Origin: Octopus vulgaris
Lineage: Eukaryota
Direction: 5' to 3'
Assembly: GCA_951406725.2 (NCBI GenBank)
Contig: OX597823.1
Span: 62,868,001 to 62,932,000, forward strand
DNA: 64,000 nucleotides
Shown here: piece after piece, positions 13,142 through 25,434 of the stretch
Numbering within the stretch: the stretch's first letter is position 1
Layout: every line of letters begins with the position of its first letter
Made by a program: the position numbers and the translations under genes
The notes under the pieces: generated by a model
What the model saw: only the letters and a program-made list of their open reading frames with translations
Database searches by the model: none
What the model was told of the DNA's origin: nothing

Positions 13142-16100
13142 TTCTTTTCTTTTCTTTTCTTTTCTTTTCTTTTCTTTTCTTTTCTCTCTTTCTCTTTTCT
13201 TTTCTTTTCTTTTCTTTTCTTTTCTTTTCTCTTTCTCTTTCTCTTTTCTTTTCTTTTCTTTTCTTTTCTTTTCTTTTCTTTTCTTTTCTCTTCTCTTCTC
13301 TTCTCTTCTCTTCTCTTCTCTTCTCTTCTCTTCTCTTCTCTTCTCTTCTCTTCTCTTCTCTTCTCTTCTCTTCTCTTCTCTTCTCTTCTCTTCTCTTCTC
13401 TTCTCTCCTCTCCTCTCCTCTCCCCTCCCCTCCCCTCCCCTCCCCTCCCCTCATAGTTGGAATGGCTTTAATCATGTCTGCTCATTTAGAATTGACTGTG
13501 TTAAGCAACAATATCAGACGTCTTTGTTGTCCAGCTTATCATTGTTATTAGAAAGGGCAATACTATTGTTTCTTTCAAATGTGATATGTCTTCTACTGCC
13601 CCACCCCCACTTTTTGAGAAGATATCATTATTTTTAAATTTAAGTCACAGATTGTGTGCAAGGATGACACGCAAATTCGTGAGGTGTTCTGTATTTAAGG
13701 CACAAGAGTGGCTGTGTGGTAAGTAGCTTGCTTACCAACCACATGGTTCTAGGTTCAGTCTGACTGCGTGGCACCTTGGGCAAGTGTCTTCTACTATAGC
13801 CTCTAGCCGACCAAAACCTTGTGAGTGGATTTGGTAGACGGAAACTGAAATAAGCCTGTCGTATATATGTGTATATATATATATATATGTGTGTGTATAT
13901 GTTTGTGTGTCTGTGTTTCTGTGTTTGTCCCCCCAGCTTGACAACCAATGCTGGTGTGTTTACGTCCCCGTAACTTAGCGGTTCGGCAAAAGCGACTGAT
14001 AGAATAAGTACTAGGCTTACAAAGAATAAGTACTAGGCTTACAAAGTACAAGTACTAGGCTTACAAAGAATAAGACCTGGGGTCGATTTGTTCAACTAAA
14101 GGTGGTGCTCCAGCATGGCCACAGTCAAATGACTGAAACAAGTAAAAGAGTATTAAAAAAAAAAAAATTTAAGCTTATTAACAAGAACCCATTTCAGAAA
14201 TTTTGATTGGTATATTTGTCATTTTGATTGTCTTGTACTTGCAGTGGCAAAAACTATTGCCTTTTGAAGGCGCCACACTGACAGAGAATGGCTGCAACAG
14301 TCTGGAGAAAGATGTTCAAAAGCAGAGGGAGCAAGGTGTACTTCAAGCCCTATATTTTTCAAAGCATATGTAAGTAAATTTCCATTCCTTCACATCAATA
14401 AAATTTGCATTTTTTAACAAGGACAATGCTATTCCTTTCTTGTAAATATATAGCAATGTTGTGTTTGCTGTCATGTCGGTCCATGTCGGCCGTGACCAAC
14501 TAGGCCTACGACATACAGGTAGTAGGCTGAATGACTAGGCATGACTCACTGTCATTCATGCATGCATACATACATACATACATACCTACATACATACATA
14601 GTTAATCCAAACATGAAAGCACAAAAAAACACAACAACGCGAGGACGTGGAACAAATATAGTATTATTGGACGCTCAGGAAGGAAGGGAAGAAGGAGGGT
14701 TTAACTTTTCGAGCGGAGCTCTTCGTCGGAAACATAGGAGAAGGGAAGACAGAGGAAAAAAAATTGCCAACGGTACACACGCGGTCACATTTTGAATACA
14801 TACATGCATACATACACACATGCATACATACATACATACATACACATATATACATACATACAAACACACTTTCATACATACACACATACATACATACATA
14901 CACATATATACATACATACATACATACATACACATATATACATACATACATACATTATTAGTTGATTGTTCGATTGTTCTGAAGAAAAAAAGCACGCTCT
15001 AAAAGAGAATTTGAGCATTTACACTTTTACATTGTTGAGTAGTATATTTCTAGTCATGGCATTATAACTGGTTAGAAAGTTATTCGTTTTGCATCTACTA
15101 TTGCACAGTAATAATAGATGTGAAACGAATAGTTACTTTCTGATAGGTTATATTTCATAACAAGAGGAATATACTACTTAACAACATAGAAATGCGCGTA
15201 CCTGTGCATATCAAGAGTTACTTCCCCTACTGTCCATCCTCTGTCAGCATGGGAAAATAAAAGACTTAAAGTAATTAAATGAACAATCCTCTCTCTCTCT
15301 CTCTCTCTCTTTCTCTACTAGGTTACCAGATGGACCAAGTGAACCAGATTTAGAACCTGTTGAACAGGAAGAGCATAAAGTAATTCCTCTGGAAGATGTA
15401 AGTATATAATTACCAAAGTTTAGCTCCAATGTCAGTATATGTATAGAACAATATTATAGGACTAATTCAGTTTACCGACCCCCCCTTGTCTCATAGTGCA
15501 GTACATGCCACCCCCATGTCACAGTCAGTTACAGTTATGAACTTAAAGATACAAGGGGTGTTCATTAAAGATTTCTCCTGACGCACTTCCGGTTATTGCA
15601 GGAAATAGAACTTGTACAGGTATAAGCATACATGTCTCTACAGGTCACATTGTAAATTGCAGCTTTCCACTAGTATTCATTTGTCTTTTATGGCTACTAA
15701 GGTGTTATAATGGAGGCAGTTAAATGCAGATCAGTGATCAGGTTTTTATACTTGAAAGGTTATACACCAAAAGAGACTTTTGATGAGATGAAAGAAGTTT
15801 ATGGTGACAATATTCCATTATATGATGTAGTCAAGCACTGGCATTGCCATTTCAAATGTGGCTGGACATCGGTGGAAACTGCTCCTATTCCTGGATGACC
15901 ATATTACCATATTCCGCCATTGACAATGACACCATCCATAAAGTGGAAGCTGGTATTTTGGAGGATCATTGCTTGACTATTCAGCAACTAGCCCAAGAAG
16001 TGAAGATAAGTGTAGGGTCCATGGAAAAATATCCTTCATTACCATTTGCACATGCGGAAGTTGCCTGCATGATGGATTCCCCAGATGTTCACACTTTTTC

Positions 16101-18563
16101 AGAAGCAGGAACAAGTCAATTGCTCCCAGGCTCTTTTGGCAATGTGCCAAGAAAACAAGGAGGACTTTTTTGGCAGACTTATCACATAGCATGAAACATG
16201 GGTCCATCACTATGATTCTGAGACTGAAGTCTAGTTGAAGCAATGGAAGCATAACTCACCACCTCTAAAGAAACCTCATGTCCAATCCTCAGCAGGCAAG
16301 GTGATGCTTACAGTCTTTTGGGACCAGTGCAGAGTAGTGATGATGGATTTTCTGGCAGAGGGCACCACAATTAATGGGGCATATTATGCATCCCTACTGC
16401 AGAAATTGCGGGACACCACCAAAGTAGAGAGGTGTAACATACTGACCAAAGTAGTTTGCATCGAAGACAACTCCTTAGTTTGCAATGCAGATGTTGCTCA
16501 GATGAATGCATATTCCTGTGGCTATGAAACCCTTCCTCACCCACTTACTCTCCCGACCTTGCATCATCTGACTTCCTCCTCTTTCCAACCATGAAGTCCT
16601 TTTTGAAGGGGAAGCACTTTTCAGATGATGATGAACTTATTTCTGAGGTAAAGTCTTGGCTACAGAATCAACCTACTGACTTCTACAGACAGGGTCTTCA
16701 CAGATGCATAAAGGGATGGGAGAAGTGTGTCACCATTAGTGGTGGCTATGTAGGGAAGGACTAATACTTATGTCAAGTTTCATTTATTCCAGTCCTTGGG
16801 AAGTGGGTAAAGGGAAATTTCTAATGAACACCCCTTGTATGCACTCTTAGAATTTAATCTTAATACTGTTTTGTTAAAGTAGGTGTGTGTAATGTCATTA
16901 CTTTAACATTCACAAGCATCAGGGATAGGTCTCTCCATTTGGAGAATGCTGCCCTCCTTTCTCCTTCCCACCAATCTCAGGGATCTTGTAAAGGATTATG
17001 GGGATTGCTCAGTCATCATGGTCATGATCAGTGGAGGCATATGGCTTATTGGTTAAGGTGTTGGACTCATGATTGTAAGACTGTGTGTTTGATTCCTGGA
17101 CCAGGCAATGTGTTGTGTTCTTGAGCAAAACATTTCATTTCGCATTGCTCCAGTCCACTCAGCTGGCAAAAATGAATAATCCTTGTGCAAGTCTCTTCTG
17201 CTGTAACCTCAGACTGACTTAAAACTTGTGATTGAATTTGATAGGTGGAAGTTGTTATCATCATGTGTGTGTCAGTGCTTGTGCCTCCTAAAAAGAGAGG
17301 CTATTCATGCTGATCATGTTTTACTTCTTTGACCTGTTCTATGTTCAAACCATCCAGATCCAGCCTATCACACCTACTCTATAATGTAGCTTCAACATTT
17401 TGATGATGTGATGATCATCAAAATTTTGAAGCTACAAAATAACGCATGATAATTAACAACAATGTGAATGTGAAAACCTTACATTTAGCAGAATAATCTG
17501 AATGCTAAAGGGTTGAAGAAGTAAAAGGAATACGCTACTTATGTCTTATCTCTCTTTCTCTGTCTCTCTTATAGTCTCTCTGTCTGTTTTCCGTTTGTCT
17601 GTCTCTCCTTTTTTCTTTCTTAGTCTTCTCTTCGTTTGATATTTCACTTACTGTGTGTATTCTGGGCCTTTCTTTCATATCTGTGTTTCTCCCACTTCTT
17701 ATATTTTTTACTAGGAGCACGCATCAGTTGGCGAGGAACAAGAATACTCCTATGATCACACGCAAGAAATTGTGGCCCCACTGGAAGGAATGGATCAAGG
17801 AGCTTCACCTGGGGTCAATTTGCCACCAGAACTAGCCAACTTGATGGCCTCTCTCCAGCCACAGATTCAACCACCACCACAACAGGAAAACACTGCAATG
17901 ATGGATCATACTCCAAGTCCTGTAGTGGCTAATGTCCAGAATTTGCTCTTCTCTTTGATGGGAAACTCGGGTAATGATTATGGCAAACAGGATGAAATGA
18001 CCGAGAAGTTGAAGCAAATTTTGGAACCTCTGAAAAATCAACTTCCTGGTTTGTAAAATATTTTATGGTGTTTCTGTATGTGATGATGTGTTTGTTGTTG
18101 TTTAATATGGCATAGCTGTGTGGTTAAGAAGGTTGCTTAAAAAAAAAAAATCAGGTGATTCTGACTTAGTTCAATTTCATTGTATGGCCCCTTAGGCAAA
18201 CGTTTTCTATCCCTAAATTAGGATTGAAAAATGGCATTTGGTAGCTGGAAATCTCGTTCTGTGTGTGTGTGTTTGTGTGTTTGTTTGTTTGTTTATATAA
18301 ATATATATCAGAGGCAAATATGCATGTAAACAAACTAAATGTAACAGATTGGGTTTGATATACAATATATATATATATATATGTGTGTATGTGTGTACAC
18401 ATATAAACAAAGAAAGCAAAGACAGAAGATTTTCAGGCAATGAATATTTAAGTATAGATATATAGATATTTATATATTAATAGTTCAAACTTATTTAGAG
18501 TACAAATGACAGAGAAAAGTAAAGGGGAGGAGGTTAGGTGTTAGAAGTTCAACAGCTATTTAT

Positions 18564-18641
<78 letters not shown>

Positions 18642-19278
18642 TAGCTATATAGATATATACCTACCCATATGCATACTGGTAAAAATTCAGTTAAAATGAA
18701 ATTGAATGGATATGAAAAGAAATTCTTAATGAAAATGTTGTTATAATGGAGTACAGACATGGCTGTGTGGTTGAAAAGTTCACTTCTTAGCCATCTAGCT
18801 TCAGATTCTGTCCCATTGCACGGCACCTTGGGTAAGCAGGATGTAATGGCTGAGAAGTTGAACCCAATTTTCGAACCACTGAGAAACTAATTATAGTTCC
18901 AGTCCAACCTTGTGAGGGAATTTGGAAGATGGTAATTGAAAGAGGCTTGTATAGTATGTATATATCATGACCATAATCATGATCATCCTCATCATTTAAC
19001 TTTCACTTTTCCATGCTTGATGGGTCAGATGGAATTTGTTGAGGCAGATTTTTCCTTATAAGAATTGTAGGGTAGCAGCTATTAGCTAATTTCTTGATCT
19101 GTGAACGAATACAGCCACTATGTTATAAAGATTATACAGTATGCAAAATGATGGTTAATGCGGTTTGATTTATAGATATGGGAGACAACTCCAGGTCTGC
19201 TTTACTTTTATTGATGGCCGCCAGTGTATGTAAATATTAAGTAAAAAGATGTGGCGTTAAAAAGATACAACTGGATCA

Positions 19279-19320
<42 letters not shown>

Positions 19321-19585
19321 GACCAAAGTGTACGTACGCCGCTATATTTTATATATAAAAAATACATATATATATATATATATATATCATCATCATCATC
19401 ATCGTTTAACGTCCGTTTTCCGTGCTAGCACGGGTTGGACGGTTCAACTGGGGGTCTGGGAAGCCAGGAGGCTGCACCAGGTCTGATCTGGCAGTGTTTC
19501 TACAGCTGGATGCTCTTCCTAACGCCAACCATATATATGGTTATATATATATATATGCGGACGTTAAACGATGATGATGATGATG

Positions 19586-19629
<44 letters not shown>

Positions 19630-22600
19630 AAAAGAGAACTGTTTATAAACTTATGTTCTCTTTGAAATGTAAAGGTTTCTTTTAGGGGAAATGAAAAATT
19701 GGAAATCCAAACATGTTCTATACTAAGCAGTAGAGTGCTTTCCATCTCTGACAGACTTTACACGGGTCATAGGGAAACTGTGGCCTGCAAGACGTTTTGA
19801 ATGGCTTGCCTAAACGAAAAATTACCTGGAATTGTTTTAATAATATGGACTGCCTGATGATGAGCTGTGTTTAGTGTATCCCACTTTTTAGAAAAAGGGT
19901 TTCCCATGCCTGCTTTACACCTCTCAGTCTCTATTACTGTTTGTCATTACGCCTAGGTGCTTCTACTCCAGTTTCAGTTTTCCTTATTTTCTGTTTGTCA
20001 CCATCTTTCATAAAGTGTTTGTCACATTTTCAGTACATTTCTGATATGATTTTTTCCTTCCATTTTCCAGGTTTAGGTGGTGGCCCAATGCAGCCTCCTC
20101 AAGACTATCCCCCAGAGTATATAGATAACTGGCATGACGGTTCACTAGACTGTCCACCACCAGGTGCTAGATGTCCTAATCCGGGTCTTCAAGGAATGCC
20201 TGGTCCACCCGGCCCATTTGGCCCTTGTCCTCCAGGGCCTGGTCTAGGGCCTGGACCTGGAGGACATGGTCCTGGACTAGGCCCTGGTCCTGGTCCTGGA
20301 CCAGGCCCTGGGTTTGGACCTGGACCTGGTTTTGGACCAGGACCTGGTCATGGACCGGGACCAGGATGTGGACCTGGCCCAGGACATGGACATGGGCCGG
20401 GCCCAGGATGTGGTCCAGGTCCTGGTCCAGGACCCGGACCATGTCAAGACCAAGGCCCTGGTCATATGAGAGGAAATCGCTCAGGTCGTAACTATCCACC
20501 TCGTAATAATAGATCAATGCCTCAGGGAATGCGAGGACGACAAGGACGTAATGGAAGAGGTACGTACTTATAATTTTTTTAGTGAATTATTATTATTATT
20601 ATTATCAAGGCTGTGAGTTGGCAGAGTTGTTGGCATGCTGGACAAAATACTTGGCAGCATTTCATCTGTCTTTAGTTTCTGAGTTCAAATTCCGTTGAGG
20701 TCAGCTTTGCCTTGCATCTTTTCAGGGTCAATAAATTAAGTAGCAGTAAAATTACTGGGTTTGATGTAATCAACTAGTCCGCTCCCACCAAATTTCAGGC
20801 CTTGTGCCTTTAGTAGAAAGAATTATTATTATTAGCATAATGTAGTGAGCTGGCAGAAGCGTTAACTCAGACAAAATGCTCAGTGGCATTCCATCTGCCT
20901 TTATGTTCTGAATTCACAATCCATTGTGGTTGATTTTGCCTTACATCTTTTTGGGGTTAATAAAATGAATATGTTAAGTAACTGGCTTGTTCCCTCCAAA
21001 AATTTCAGGCCTTGTGCCTATAGCAGAAAGGACTACTACTGCTGCTGCTACAATCATTATTATGTTAAGTTGAAATATCTCTGAGGTCATGTTTGTCTTT
21101 TGTCTTTCTGTGGGTAACAGAATAAAGTTCTTGTGTAGCATGTCCAGGCATGGCTGTGTGGTTAAGAAGCTTGCTTAATGACTACATGGTTCTAGGTTTG
21201 ATCTCACTCTATGTCACCATAGGCAAGTGTCTTCTATCAAAGCCTTGGTTTATGGCTCATAACTTGGGAGTTGAATTTAGTGCACAGAAACAGTGGAGAA
21301 TTTCCTACTTTGCACTAACCCATCTGTCAAAGTTAGATAAGTATGCAGCACAAAGCTCTCACTTCTGTACCTTTACAGCTAAATAAAAGGATATATTTGC
21401 TGTTGAATGTTGAGTTCTGTCTCCTATGTTTGTACCACGAAGCCTATATTTCATCATCATTATTATCATTTAACATCTGTTTTCCATGATTGCATGGATT
21501 GGATGGCTTGACAAGAACTGGCATGGCCAGTGGCCACACCAGGTTCCCATACTCTGTTTTGGCTTAGTTTCTATAGCTTGATGCCCTTCCTAATAACACA
21601 CATGCACACATACATACATACACACACGCACGCACAAAAACACATTTATTTATTTGTGTGTGTGTGACAACATAACTGGTAACATTTGTTGAAATTTCCT
21701 AACTCTGCTAGAGAATTACATTTTGGGTAACTGTGTCTGTGAAATATTCAGTCAATTGCCAGTTCAAGGGTCTTTACCTTTTGACAAACAGATTTAAAAA
21801 ATAATTTTTTGTAACTAAACACTTTCAAACTTCGGACACTAGTAGGTGTCATATAAAACGTGTTTTACTCTTAGTATTTTTGAGAAAAACTTATATTTAC
21901 AAAGTAATTTCATGTTAAAGTAGGCCTATTTCGGTAATTTCAACCAATGAATGACGTGTATTCAGCTGAATAAAATTACTGCCATTGTTTGTCAACAAGA
22001 ACCTCCGGCAGTGTATTTTTCGTTATATGCTAACATAAGATTTTCTCAAAAATGCTAAGAGTAAAACATGTTTTATATGACACATTCTACTAGTGTCCGA
22101 AATACAAAAAAATATTTTTAAAATCTGTACGTCAAAAGGTTAAGATCCCCCAGTTCAGATGTTGGTTATTCAGTGGATTAAATGACCGAAACCTCATCAT
22201 TGAATGACAGTGATCCACTGTGTAGTCTTCAGAGAAATTTGTCACGTATATATGTGTGTTTTTTCTTGTCTCCTTGCCTTGACATCGATTACTAATTGTA
22301 ATCAAACTTTACCATCATACATGTGATATCATTTGTTTGCAATCGTCAATGAAAACTTGTCTGGCCATCATGCTGTTTGTGTTTGAAGGACCACAGGGAG
22401 ATAAAAAAAAAAGCCCAGTTGTGGATAATAAGTTTTGTAGGTCTATTATCTTTATGTTCTGTTAATAAAAGTATCTGGATCCAAATAAACTATATTGCTA
22501 ACAGTTTTGTTTCAACCAAATTGCTTTCTTTAAAAGTACAAATAAATCAAAAATAATAACAGCTTTTTTTCTTTTCTTCTGCTTTTTTTTTTACAGATTT

Positions 22601-22697
22601 GCCCAAAATTTGCCGGCATTTTACTTCACCAAATGGCTGTCGATACGGAAGCAATTGTGCATTCCTACATCCTGGTATTGATGGCCCACCATTATAG
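5221..22697 (+). CDS. PPP1R10: Protein phosphatase 1 regulatory subunit 10 (PNUTS), 3' part: 10 coding exons, about 568 aa visible, 5' exons outside the window
   Basis: Manual splicing of ten AG/GT-bounded exons gives 1709 nt with every phase compatible, ending at TAG 22695-22697. Motifs match PNUTS as recalled: SGFMDAL...RRKKK, KKSVTW...[23 protein letters not shown]...[18 protein letters not shown] finger followed by HPGIDGPPL. Confidence 0.96.
6385..7353 (-). mobile_element. Degraded mariner lacking its 3' end
   Basis: TIR-like start gggtgagctgaaaagttt; [40 protein letters not shown]. Confidence 0.85.
8523..8634 (+). CDS. PPP1R10: PNUTS exon ([12 protein letters not shown]...EMKEE)
   Basis: tctgtag acceptor; donor G|GTGTCG is weak but gives phase 1, which matches the next exon. 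Confidence 0.8.
9390..9489 (+). ncRNA. Type I hammerhead ribozyme motif with intact core, in a PNUTS intron, sense strand
   Basis: CTGATGA 9407-13, GAAA 9466-69, palindromic helix III ACAGCTGT, GUA site at 9477, helix I agct/agct plus acttcat/gtgaagt, helix II gcta/tagc. Confidence 0.75.
9985..10182 (+). CDS. PPP1R10: PNUTS exon carrying the PP1-binding RVxF motif (KSVTW at 10095-10109)
   Basis: ttttaag acceptor, G|gtaagc donor; translates ...[34 protein letters not shown]. Confidence 0.95.
10704..10768 (+). CDS. PPP1R10: PNUTS exon ([22 protein letters not shown])
   Basis: tttgcag acceptor, gtaagt donor; 65 nt, phase 1 to phase 0. Confidence 0.93.
11202..11246 (+). CDS. PPP1R10: PNUTS 45-nt exon ([15 protein letters not shown])
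   Basis: ttttctag acceptor, gtaagt donor; phase 0-0; resembles ARRLSHDNMEEKV of human PNUTS (recalled). Confidence 0.92.
11705..12112 (+). mobile_element. CR1-like LINE 3' end
   Basis: [34 protein letters not shown], followed by a 3' UTR and an (att)n tail. Confidence 0.8.
13092..13452. repeat. About 360-bp pure polypyrimidine compound repeat
   Basis: (TTTC)n, (TTTTC)n, (TTCTC)n, (TCCTC)n, (TCCCC)n. Confidence 0.95.
13706..14150 (+). mobile_element. tRNA-derived SINE family B (internal microsatellite). Other copies at about 10222-10580, 31903-33035, 40980-41065, 54100-54560(-), 57425-57850(-)
   Basis: Recurrent gagtggctgtgtggtaag...ggttcagtc head, cttgggcaagtgtc core and gactgaaacaagtaaaagag end. 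Confidence 0.85.
14245..14369 (+). CDS. PPP1R10: PNUTS exon (WQKLLPF...[15 protein letters not shown])
   Basis: cttgcag acceptor, gtaagt donor; phase 0 to phase 2. Confidence 0.93.
14699..14733 (-). ncRNA. Degenerate minimal hammerhead, same family as 2687
   Basis: gttt-CCGACGA-a-gagc[tcc]gctc-GAAA-AGT-T-aaac. Confidence 0.45.
15322..15397 (+). CDS. PPP1R10: PNUTS exon ([25 protein letters not shown])
   Basis: Polypyrimidine tract plus ctag acceptor, gtaagt donor; phase 2 to phase 0. Confidence 0.93.
15552..16837 (+). mobile_element. Full-length degraded mariner (1286 bp) in a PNUTS intron
   Basis: TIRs caaggggtgttcatta / taatgaacaccccttg with TA target duplication. Transposase fragments: [36 protein letters not shown]-like; frameshifts and stops. 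Confidence 0.95.
17715..18048 (+). CDS. PPP1R10: PNUTS exon (EHASVGEEQ...[11 protein letters not shown]...[14 protein letters not shown])
   Basis: ttactag acceptor, G|gtttgt donor; open frame that includes ORF 17772..18056. Confidence 0.9.
20071..20559 (+). CDS. PPP1R10: PNUTS exon with (Gly-Pro)n tract and RG-rich segment
   Basis: tttccag acceptor, G|gtacgt donor; lies within ORF 19941..20573; phase 1-1. Confidence 0.93.
21831..22101. mobile_element. MITE-like inverted-repeat element
   Basis: About 70-bp arms (ttcggacactagtag...gagaaaa and its reverse complement); related sequence at about 34290-34420. Confidence 0.55.
22597..22697 (+). CDS. PPP1R10: PNUTS last coding exon with CCCH zinc finger (C-x8-C-x5-C-x3-H)
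   Basis: tttacag acceptor; [33 protein letters not shown] then TAG. Confidence 0.96.
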
Positions 22698-22743
22698 CAA
22701 GAAGCGAGCTTTCAGAGAACCATGTCTCATTTTTTTTTTTTGA

Positions 22744-22774
22744 GGGTCAGGGTGGGGATGGGTGGGTTATGGGG
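22744..22774 (+). other. Putative G-quadruplex in the PNUTS 3' UTR
   Basis: GGGtcaGGGtGGGGatGGGtGGGttatGGGG: six G-runs with loops of 1-4 nt. Confidence 0.55.
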
Positions 22775-23744
22775 TTGTTCCTATGCCTGTACATAAGATA
22801 CTGCATTTCATCCTGCCATCATGTGGTGTGTGTTTGTGTGTGTGAAGGGCATCCCTTACATTGTGGGTTGGTGGGGTGGTCTTATTTTTTTTTTTTAGTT
22901 TTTTTTTCATTATCATCATTCATCTTTCTAAATTCACCCTATCCTGAATCCCCATGTGTGTACAAACTGGACCTGTCTGAGACAAGGGCAATTCAACAAC
23001 CTTCACACATACACGCACGCACGCACACACATACATACACACATATACACACATACACACACTCTCTCTCTCTCTGTGTCTTTCTTGCTCTCTTCTCTCC
23101 CACTCATTCTCTCTCCCTTCTTTCTGTCTCATCTCATGAGGAACTTGATAAGTAAAAGGAAAAAAAAAAAATAACAAAAACAAAAAGAATCAAAGAAAAA
23201 AGTATGAAAGAAAGGAAAAGAGAGAAAAAAGTTTTGTACAATACAAATGATTTACTTCAGTTTGTTCTGTTGTTTTTTGTTTTTTTTTAAATATTTTTAA
23301 AAAAATGTTTTTAAATGTGCTTGTGGAAAATCCAGAAATTTGTGTGTGTGAACAAACCAACCAAACAACCAACCTATATCAGTTGGAAAGAGGGATTGGC
23401 TCTGTTTAGGTTTATTGTTGTTGTTTAACTCCAGTTCAACTCAGAACAAATCTATAATCACCCATTATATTAAGATGGTAGGGTGTGATTTGAGGGAGGT
23501 TTTGGCTGCTATCTCTAACAGGTCGAGTGACTGCATAGAGGCTTTTCAATGGCTTCTTGCAGTGATAGCGGTTGTAGTAGAAGGTAATGACAGTACTAGT
23601 ATGATGTTAATTACTCCATTAACATTCAGATTATTCTGTCAAATGTGATGCTTATGTATTCACATTGTTTTGAATTAATCATGCATTATATGAAAGCTTC
23701 AAAATTTTGATGATGTGATTGTATATTTCTAGAATAACACCATT

Positions 23745-24170
23745 CGAGTGTGATTGTTACCAGCATTGCCTTACTGGCACTTGAGCCCTGTGCTAGTAGG
23801 TTGCTAAGAGCACCATCCGAGTGTGATCGTTGCCAGAGCGGCTAACTGGCTTCCGTGCTGATGGCACGTAAAAGGCACCATTCGAGCGTGATCGTTACCA
23901 GCATCGCCTTACTGGCATGTGTAAAAAGATTCGAGTGAGGTCGTTGCCAGTACCGTCTGACTGGGCCCTGTGCCAGTGGTATGTAAAAGCACCCACTACA
24001 CTCCCGGAGTGGTTGGCGTTAGGAAGGGCATTCAGCTGTAGAAACTCTACCAGATCAAGATTGGAGCCTGGTGCGGCCATCTGGTTCGCCAGTCCTCAGT
24101 CAAAATCGTCCAACTCATGCTAGCATGGAAAGCGGACGTTAAACGATGATAATAATAATGATGATGATTG
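23745..24170 (+). mobile_element. SINE-like element with internal degenerate repeats and a (gat)n tail. Related tails at 19387-19530(-) and 21455-21595(-)
   Basis: tggttggcgttaggaagggcat...ggacgttaaacgatgat. Confidence 0.7.
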
Positions 24171-24974
24171 TAGGGTAGGTGTAAGAGGCAAGATCTGGAC
24201 AGTTTGAGCATAAATCAAGTAAAATGTTTGAGCTGGATATGGCCAGTTTAAATGCTAAAGGTTTAACACTTACCATGGATCTGTAGAAATATGTGCAGGC
24301 TGGAGCAAGATTTTTTATTTTTTTGTGCAGATCATTATTTGGTTATGTGTATCTCCTCTCTTTACACTACCAGTGTTTATTGAAGGGAAAAATTATTTGA
24401 TTTGGGCCAACATGGTTTAGCACTAGTGTCATTGTGGGTGTTACTGTTGCAATGCATCGCTGGAAATAGGTGCTGCATAGGATCTTATCTGTCCTTCCCC
24501 AACAATCAGTCCTCTAATCCATCTCCATGTTTTGATATTTATTTTGTTTGTTAACCTTAAACAGAAAGAAACCCATTGTATATAGGTACATGTATATGTA
24601 TGTGTGTGTTTATATGTTTGTCGCTTGACAACTAATGTTGGTGTGTTTATGTCCGCGTATCATAGTGGTTTGGCAAAAGAAGAATGATAGAATAAGTACT
24701 ATGCTTACAAAAATAAGTCCTGGGATCAATTTGCTCAACTAAAGGGGGTGACTGAAACAAGTAAAAGAATACATATAATCATATATATATATATGTGTGT
24801 ATATTCAAAGGAATTCCAACTCTGTTTTTTATGTTTTATTTATATTCTTTATAATATTAATGTAGAATATATAGAATATATAGTAAAATGAAATGAAATA
24901 TAGTAATATGAAATAAAACATAAAAAACAGAGTTGGAATTCCTTTGAATAATATATATCCCTCTTTACACAATC

Positions 24975-25390
24975 ATACAAGCCCTTTATAAATATATATA
25001 TATATGTGAGCATATATATATGTGAGCATATATATATGTATGTATATGTATATATATATATGTATATGTATGTGTATATGTATGTATATATGTATGTGTA
25101 TATGTATGTATATATGTATATGTATGTATGTATATATATATAGGTATATATGTATGTATAAATAGGTATATATATATACATATATGTATATATATGTATA
25201 TATATACATATATATATGTATATATATAGGTATATATTATATATGTATATATATATATAGGTATATATTATATAGGTATATATTATATATGTATATATAT
25301 ATATATAGGTATATATTATATAGGTATATATATATGTGTATATATTATATATGTATATATATATATAGGTATATATTATATAGGTATATA

Positions 25391-25434
<44 letters not shown>

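Noticed and set aside
13005-13637. Long ORFs over microsatellites (also 24849, 29010, 33057, 42942, 52688, 56780, 57470 and others)
   Set aside because: They are translations of simple repeats that lack stop codons, with no coding features.
22698-23400. PNUTS polyadenylation site
   Set aside because: I saw only variant hexamers (AGTAAA at about 23150, AATACA at about 23238) next to genomic A-runs; the transcript end cannot be fixed without RNA data.
23745-23950. Four spaced degenerate repeats resembling a CRISPR array
   Set aside because: Eukaryotic DNA, repeats are degenerate, they are internal to a SINE-like element, and no cas genes are present.
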